From an uncultured Deinococcales bacterium (GTDB taxonomy: Bacteria > Deinococcota > Deinococci > Deinococcales > JAAFIG01): a stretch of DNA of 10,867 bases. The notes under the pieces are model-generated. The model saw only the letters and a list, made by a program, of their open reading frames with translations. It did not search any database and was not told the origin of the DNA. The DNA is taken from positions 1-10,867 of the forward strand of contig CAXTKV010000061.1 in NCBI GenBank assembly GCA_964244895.1. Reading direction: 5' to 3'. Positions within the stretch are counted from its first letter, which is position 1. Every line of letters starts with the position of its first letter. Positions 7,174 through 10,867 of the stretch are shown here, piece by piece. A program made the position numbers and the translations under genes.

Positions 7174-7782
7174 TTATGTGGCGTGGGCCTTCAGCGCGAC
7201 CATCGCGCCCTCGAGCGCCAACCGGAGCGGCGCCTCGTGCTTGAGGGTCTTCGAGAGCAGCATTCCACCTTCCAGACTGGCCAACACCATCGTCGCCAAC
7301 GCCTGAACATCGGCCTCGGGGCTGAGTGCGCCGCGCACCTGAAGGTTTCTCAGGCCGTGCGCGATGTGCTCGATCCAGCGCCGAAAAAACGCGTCCAGTT
7401 CCAGACGCAACGGCTCCTCCCGGTCGGCCACCTCGGCGGCCATCGTGCCGAACGGACATCCGCCGACGAAACCCTGAAGGCGCTGATCCTCGAGCGCGAA
7501 GGCGAACCAGGCTTCCACGTCCTCCCAGGTCTCGAGCCCCTCCAGCATCGGCGCGAGCCGTTCCTCGAACGCATTGGCCCGATAAGCCAGCACCTGCCGA
7601 ATCATGTCGTCCTTGTTCTGAAAGTAATGGTAGATCTGGCTTTTTCCCGTGTTGGACGCCTCGATCACGTCGTTCAGACTGGTCGCGGCCACGCTGCGCA
7701 GGTGAACCAGTTCTGCGGCGGTCGAGAGGATGGTTTCTCTGGTTCGCTCCCCTTTGGGTGTCGTCGGTCTCGCGGATGCCAT
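7174..7782 (-). CDS. TetR/AcrR-family transcriptional regulator (NemR/LmrA-like), 202 aa
   Basis: TRETILSTAAEL...TSLNDVIEASNTGKSQIYHYFQNKDD helix-turn-helix and a GGCPFG motif. Start placed at ATG 7782 (TATCAT-N6-ATG). Confidence 0.93.
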   Translation of the reverse strand: MASARPTTPKGERTRETILSTAAELVHLRSVAATSLNDVIEASNTGKSQIYHYFQNKDDMIRQVLAYRANAFEERLAPMLEGLETWEDVEAWFAFALEDQRLQGFVGGCPFGTMAAEVADREEPLRLELDAFFRRWIEHIAHGLRNLQVRGALSPEADVQALATMVLASLEGGMLLSKTLKHEAPLRLALEGAMVALKAHAT

Positions 7783-7788
7783 GCCAAA

Positions 7789-7806
7789 ATGATACCTTTC
7801 GGTACA
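7789..7806 (-). promoter_or_regulatory. tetR -10 box overlapped by a putative autoregulatory operator
   Basis: Minus strand TGTACC-GAAA-GGTATC (7806-7791) matches the 7157-7172 palindrome and overlaps TATCAT (7794-7789). Confidence 0.7.
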
Positions 7807-7843
7807 AAGACCCACGGCTCATTGATGGCGTCCAAGTTGTCAA

Positions 7844-7899
7844 AAGACCGTCCTGCACACGGATTCTCGAACCTCAGATCTTGCGTCCTGGACGGTGTT
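7844..7899. repeat. Palindromic repeat family, 56-bp long variant
   Basis: AAGACCGTCCTGCACACGGATTCTCGAACCTCAGATCTTGCGTCCTGGACGGTGTT has the family arms and the internal ATTCTCGA and TTGCGTC segments. It lies between divergent genes. Confidence 0.8.
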
Positions 7900-7955
7900 A
7901 TTCAATTCTGCCCGAACCGATGAACCGTTTTCGCGTTTCGTGCGTATGCTCAAGT

Positions 7956-9416
7956 ATGAGTGAGATACCGCTCGACCGTCCGCGCACCACCAACCGGAGC
8001 CTTCTCGTGCAGGTCTGGCCCGCGTTGCTGGTCGGCTTCATCTCGAGCGTCGGCGTCAGCCTGGTCGGGATCGTGCTGAGATTGCTGGCCAACGTGCCTT
8101 TCCCCGCCGAAAAGCTCTACAACATCGTTACCTACTGGCTGGGCACGCCCGCGATGTTCCAGCTCGTCCACAGGCTGCTGGGTTTCGGGCAGGGCGGCAA
8201 GGTCGCGGCCTTCGGCGGCGTGCTGCTCGCCTGGCTGGGCGGGCTGACGCTCTTGGGTCTGGCCTCGCCGGTGATCGCCAGCGCCATCGTGCTGGTCGCA
8301 TCGTTCGTTCTGCTGTTGTCGGTCGGCCCGGTTTGGGCGATCCTGCACGCCGCTGGTTACTTCGGGATTCGCTACGCGCTCCAACCGATCCGCGATCAGG
8401 AAGGCAAGCGCGGCACGTTGAACACGCTCGGCTGGGGTTCACTGGCGGTCTTCGGTGCGGGCGCGTTCGGCATCGTCAGGCCGCTCTTCGAGAATGCCCC
8501 GAAAGTGTCCCCGACGGATGTTGCCAAGGGCAACCTGCCGCCCGGCATCACCAGCGTGGACGATTTCTATTACGTCTCGATCAACAACGAAGCGCTCGAT
8601 CCGAAGGTCAACGGCGCGAACTGGAACCTCGAGATCGCGGGCTTGGTCAAGAACCCGCAATCCATCAAGCTGGACGCGTTGCGCTCGGATTTCGCGCCCA
8701 AAGACCTCGAGTTCACGTTCTCCTGCATCTCGAACCCGGTCGGCGGCGAATTGATCGGCAACGCCATCTGGCGCGGCGTGTCCTTCAAGGATCTGGTCAA
8801 CAAGGTCGGCGTCCAGCCCGGCGCGAAATGGGTGATCATCGAGGCCGCCGACGGCTTCTACGAATCCTTACCGCTGGCCGACATGCTCGAGGACGACGTG
8901 ATGCTGGCCTACGACATGAACGGCAAACCGTTGAACAACAAGCACGGCTTCCCGCTGCGCACGATCATTCCGGGTCGCTACGGCATGAAGCAACCGCGCT
9001 GGATCACCAAGATCACCTTTTCCGCCGACGAAAAACCCGGTTACTGGGCCAACCGGGGCTGGTCACGCACGGCCTACGTCATGACCATGAGCCGCATCGA
9101 TTTCCCCTCGGACGGCAAGTCCTTCAAGGCGGGCGAAGCCCTCAACCTGCGCGGTGTGGCCTTCGGCGGTTTGAAACCGATCACCAAAGTCGAGGTCAGC
9201 ACCGATGACGGTCAGACCTGGGCTGAGACCAAACTGACCGCGCCGCGCTCCAAGCACGCCTGGACGCTCTGGCAGTTGCCGTGGACGGCCCAATCGGGAC
9301 GCCACACGCTGATCGTCCGCGCCTATGCCAACGGGGTGTTGCAGAACTCTGAGGAACGCGATTCCCTGCCCGAAGCCGCGAGCGGATTGCACAAGCTTTT
9401 CATCGACGTGGCCTAA
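7956..9416 (+). CDS. Membrane-anchored molybdopterin-dependent oxidoreductase, sulfite oxidase family, 486 aa
   Basis: About five N-terminal hydrophobic segments, then FYYVS, WNLEIAGLV, FSCISNPVGGELIGNAIW (Mo-ligand Cys), MNGKPL..KHGFPLR, PGRYGMKQPRW and the C-terminal dimerisation domain VEVSTDDGQTW...WTLW. Start ATG 7956 (TATGCT-N5-ATG). Confidence 0.92.
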   Translation: MSEIPLDRPRTTNRSLLVQVWPALLVGFISSVGVSLVGIVLRLLANVPFPAEKLYNIVTYWLGTPAMFQLVHRLLGFGQGGKVAAFGGVLLAWLGGLTLLGLASPVIASAIVLVASFVLLLSVGPVWAILHAAGYFGIRYALQPIRDQEGKRGTLNTLGWGSLAVFGAGAFGIVRPLFENAPKVSPTDVAKGNLPPGITSVDDFYYVSINNEALDPKVNGANWNLEIAGLVKNPQSIKLDALRSDFAPKDLEFTFSCISNPVGGELIGNAIWRGVSFKDLVNKVGVQPGAKWVIIEAADGFYESLPLADMLEDDVMLAYDMNGKPLNNKHGFPLRTIIPGRYGMKQPRWITKITFSADEKPGYWANRGWSRTAYVMTMSRIDFPSDGKSFKAGEALNLRGVAFGGLKPITKVEVSTDDGQTWAETKLTAPRSKHAWTLWQLPWTAQSGRHTLIVRAYANGVLQNSEERDSLPEAASGLHKLFIDVA

Positions 9417-9423
9417 ACGAAGA

Positions 9424-9444
9424 GTTGATACAGCTCAACTCAAG
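9424..9444 (-). promoter_or_regulatory. Distal HAIR-like (HspR operator) site
   Basis: The minus strand reads CTTGAGT-TGAGCTG-TATCAAC; canonical HAIR is CTTGAGT-N7-ACTCAAG. One arm is perfect. Confidence 0.5.
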
Positions 9445-9447
9445 CTT

Positions 9448-9478
9448 TCTCGAGAAGATCGATCCGATCTTCTCGAGA
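9448..9478. terminator. Perfect 14-bp hairpin downstream of the oxidoreductase; possible terminator or 3' stabiliser
   Basis: TCTCGAGAAGATCG-ATC-CGATCTTCTCGAGA followed by TTGATTT. Both arms contain CTCGAG. Confidence 0.55.
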
Positions 9479-9587
9479 TTGATTTGATGGGCTGGATCGC
9501 CGCCCATTTTCGAGCGCAGTTCGACTTGCAGATTCGTTTTGAGGACGCAAAGAACCTGAAACTCGATGCAATCTGGCGCTTCACTGA

Positions 9588-9614
9588 CTCGAGAAATGCT
9601 TTCCAGACGGTGTT
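9588..9614 (-). repeat. Half copy of the palindromic repeat family
   Basis: Minus strand AACACCGTCTGGAAAGCATTTCTCGAG aligns to the left half of copy 1 (AACACCGTCCAGCACGCATT-CTCGAG). Similarity ends at the CTCGAG. Confidence 0.65.
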
Positions 9615-9661
9615 CCCGGCTTGGGGCGCGACGGGCGAGCCTCGAAACGTGACCGAAGAGA

Positions 9662-9691
9662 TTGCTTGAGTGCATTGATATCAGGTACAAT
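9662..9691 (+). promoter_or_regulatory. hspR promoter with an overlapping HAIR-like operator
   Basis: TTGCTT (9662-9667), an 18-bp spacer, TACAAT (9686-9691), then 7 nt to ATG. CTTGAGT-GCATTGA-TATCAGG at 9665-9685 covers the spacer. Confidence 0.75.
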
Positions 9692-9698
9692 CTTCACA

Positions 9699-10400
9699 AT
9701 GACCAGGGATACCCGCGACCGACCCGTTTACGTGATCTCCGTTGCGGCGGAACTGGTGGACATGCACCCGCAAACTTTGCGGCTCTACGAGCGCAAAGGC
9801 CTGATTCGTCCTGGTCGCTCGAGCGGCAAGACGCGCCTGTACAGTGAGCGCGACATCGACCACCTCAAGGAAATTCGGCGTCTGACCCAGGAACTGGGCG
9901 TCAACCTGGCGGGCGTCGAGGAAGTCATGAAGTTGCGCTTCGAACTCGACCAGATCGAGGCGCAACTCGAGGCCGATATCACGCGGATCGAGGGCGAGAT
10001 CAAGGGCAAACTCGAGAACCGCGCCCTGCCCGCTTCAGGCGCTCCGAACGACCCGAAAGACCGACCCGTCTACGTGATCTCCGTGGCCGCCGAACTGGTC
10101 GAGATGCACCCCCAAACGCTGCGGCTCTACGAGCGCAAGGGTTTGATCCGTCCGGGACGCTCGAGCGGCAAGACGCGGCTCTATTCGGAACGCGACGTGG
10201 ATCACCTGCGGGAAATCCGGCGTCTGACCCAGGAACTGGGTGTCAACCTGGCGGGCGTCGAGGAGATCATGCGTTTGCGCTACGAACTGGACGGCGCTCA
10301 GGATCGCCTGGAGGGCGAGATCTCGCGGATTCAGGGCGAGTTGACGGATCGCATAGAGGCCTGGAAAGCCCTGCCCGCGCCGTCGGGCGACGACGACTGA
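9699..10400 (+). CDS. hspR: Heat-shock repressor HspR (MerR family), fused tandem-domain type, 233 aa
   Basis: Two copies of [44 protein letters not shown]...[12 protein letters not shown], the HspR signature. The tandem form is known from Deinococcus. Start ATG 9699. Confidence 0.95.
   Translation: MTRDTRDRPVYVISVAAELVDMHPQTLRLYERKGLIRPGRSSGKTRLYSERDIDHLKEIRRLTQELGVNLAGVEEVMKLRFELDQIEAQLEADITRIEGEIKGKLENRALPASGAPNDPKDRPVYVISVAAELVEMHPQTLRLYERKGLIRPGRSSGKTRLYSERDVDHLREIRRLTQELGVNLAGVEEIMRLRYELDGAQDRLEGEISRIQGELTDRIEAWKALPAPSGDDD
9717..10292 (+). repeat. Intragenic direct duplication in hspR, 342-bp period
   Basis: Units begin GACCGACCCGT at 9717 and 10059. The first 78 aa differ at only 6 conservative positions, with many synonymous changes. 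Confidence 0.95.
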
Positions 10401-10461
10401 CGCGATCGTCCTCTGGAGAATTGCGACCTTCGGATTCGTACCGTTCGATCATGCTCTCGAG

Positions 10462-10507
10462 AACTCCGTCCCAGACGCAAATTCAAGAATGCGTGCAGGA
10501 TGGTGCT
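10462..10507 (-). repeat. 46-bp palindromic repeat, diverged copy in reverse orientation
   Basis: The reverse complement AGCACCATCCTGCACGCATTCTTGAATTTGCGTCTGGGACGGAGTT shares GCACGCATTCT with copy 1 and ATTTGCGTC with copy 2. Same length as both. Confidence 0.8.
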
Positions 10508-10625
10508 CCCGAGAAATACGCAGGAAACCGTTTGGCTCGCTCGAGTATTATCGAATATTCGCGTTCCGTGAATACCGTGCTCGATGCGCTTTTCGTCCGG
10601 TTCGGGATGCTGGCTCTGCTCGGGC

Positions 10626-10867
10626 ATGACGCCAAAAACCGATTCGGAACGCGCGGCTGACGTTCGGCTCACCCCGCAATGGCTGACGGATCGCCTCGAG
10701 CAGATCGATCTGAATACCGAACTCAGTGAGACGCCGCGGCACCCGTCGTGTACGCCGAATGTCTCGCGGCTGGCCCGGATGCGACTATAGCGCTGAATGA
10801 CGCTGACTATCATCTTCGTGGTGGCAGGCCCGTTGTTGTGGACGCCTCGAGCGAGGCTGTGCGGGCC
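10626..10867 (+). pseudogene. Possible frameshifted hypothetical gene running off the window edge
   Basis: ATG 10626 gives MTPKTDSERAADVRLTPQWLTDRLEQIDLNTELSE. A -1 shift at 10730 continues DAAAPVVYAECLAAGPDATIALNDADYHLRGGRPVVVDASSEAVRA, open to the edge. No family recognised. Confidence 0.3.

Noticed and set aside
7326..7955. 210-aa N-terminal extension of the oxidoreductase (696-aa ORF)
   Set aside because: It overlaps tetR on the opposite strand, is Arg/Pro-rich shadow sequence and crosses a repeat. A better start with a -10 box exists at 7956.
863..9208. Many long alternative-frame and antisense ORFs (e.g. 863-1564, 3297-3959, 5537-6505, 6962-7858, 8333-9208)
   Set aside because: These are shadows of well-supported genes in GC-rich DNA, with no recognisable motifs or initiation signals.
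9325..9690. ORFs 9325-9669 (+) and 9400-9690 (-) in the oxidoreductase-hspR gap
   Set aside because: They overlap the neighbouring gene end, run through hairpins, a repeat and operator sites, and show no RBS or family signal.
251..10507. Palindromic repeats as a CRISPR array
   Set aside because: The copies are kilobases apart, separated by whole genes and variable in sequence. There are no regular spacers and no cas genes.
10695..10709. 15-mer CTCGAGCAGATCGAT shared with nurA (minus strand 3635-3621), both encoding LEQID
   Set aside because: The match does not extend, and it is seeded by the over-abundant CTCGAG, so coincidence is likely.
10797..10867. Alternative edge ORF MTLTIIFVVAGPLLWTPR...
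   Set aside because: Only 23 codons are visible and the initiation signal is weak. It cannot be distinguished from chance without downstream sequence.

Overview
This looks like a GC-rich chromosomal housekeeping region from a Deinococcota (Deinococcales-like) bacterium. The assignment rests on a fused tandem-domain HspR, a Deinococcus/Thermus-type nurA-herA pair, an RDRM-like palindrome and several apparently leaderless genes. Gene order: 3' end of an alpha/beta hydrolase (+), AT-rich 105-aa orphan (-), herA (-), nurA (-), DUF4870-like membrane protein (-), Hsp20 (-), ppa (-), miaA (+), SnoaL-like ester cyclase (-), TetR regulator (-), membrane-anchored sulfite-oxidase-family molybdoenzyme (+), hspR (+), and a possible frameshifted ORF running off the right edge. 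The non-coding signals are the most interesting part. (1) CTCGAG occurs 53 times by manual count against about 3-4 expected from base composition. It appears in all three reading frames and is densest between genes, resembling cyanobacterial HIP1 but with a different sequence. (2) A dispersed palindromic repeat family (AACACCGTCCAGCAC...GGACGGTGTT) has four copies of exactly 46 bp, one 56-bp copy and several half copies; one copy encodes the NurA C-terminal tail. (3) A 17-bp RDRM-like site overlaps the predicted nurA-herA transcription start. (4) Two asymmetric HAIR-like sites lie upstream of hspR, and three related TetR operator-like sites flank tetR. All calls were made by eye with no database searches.
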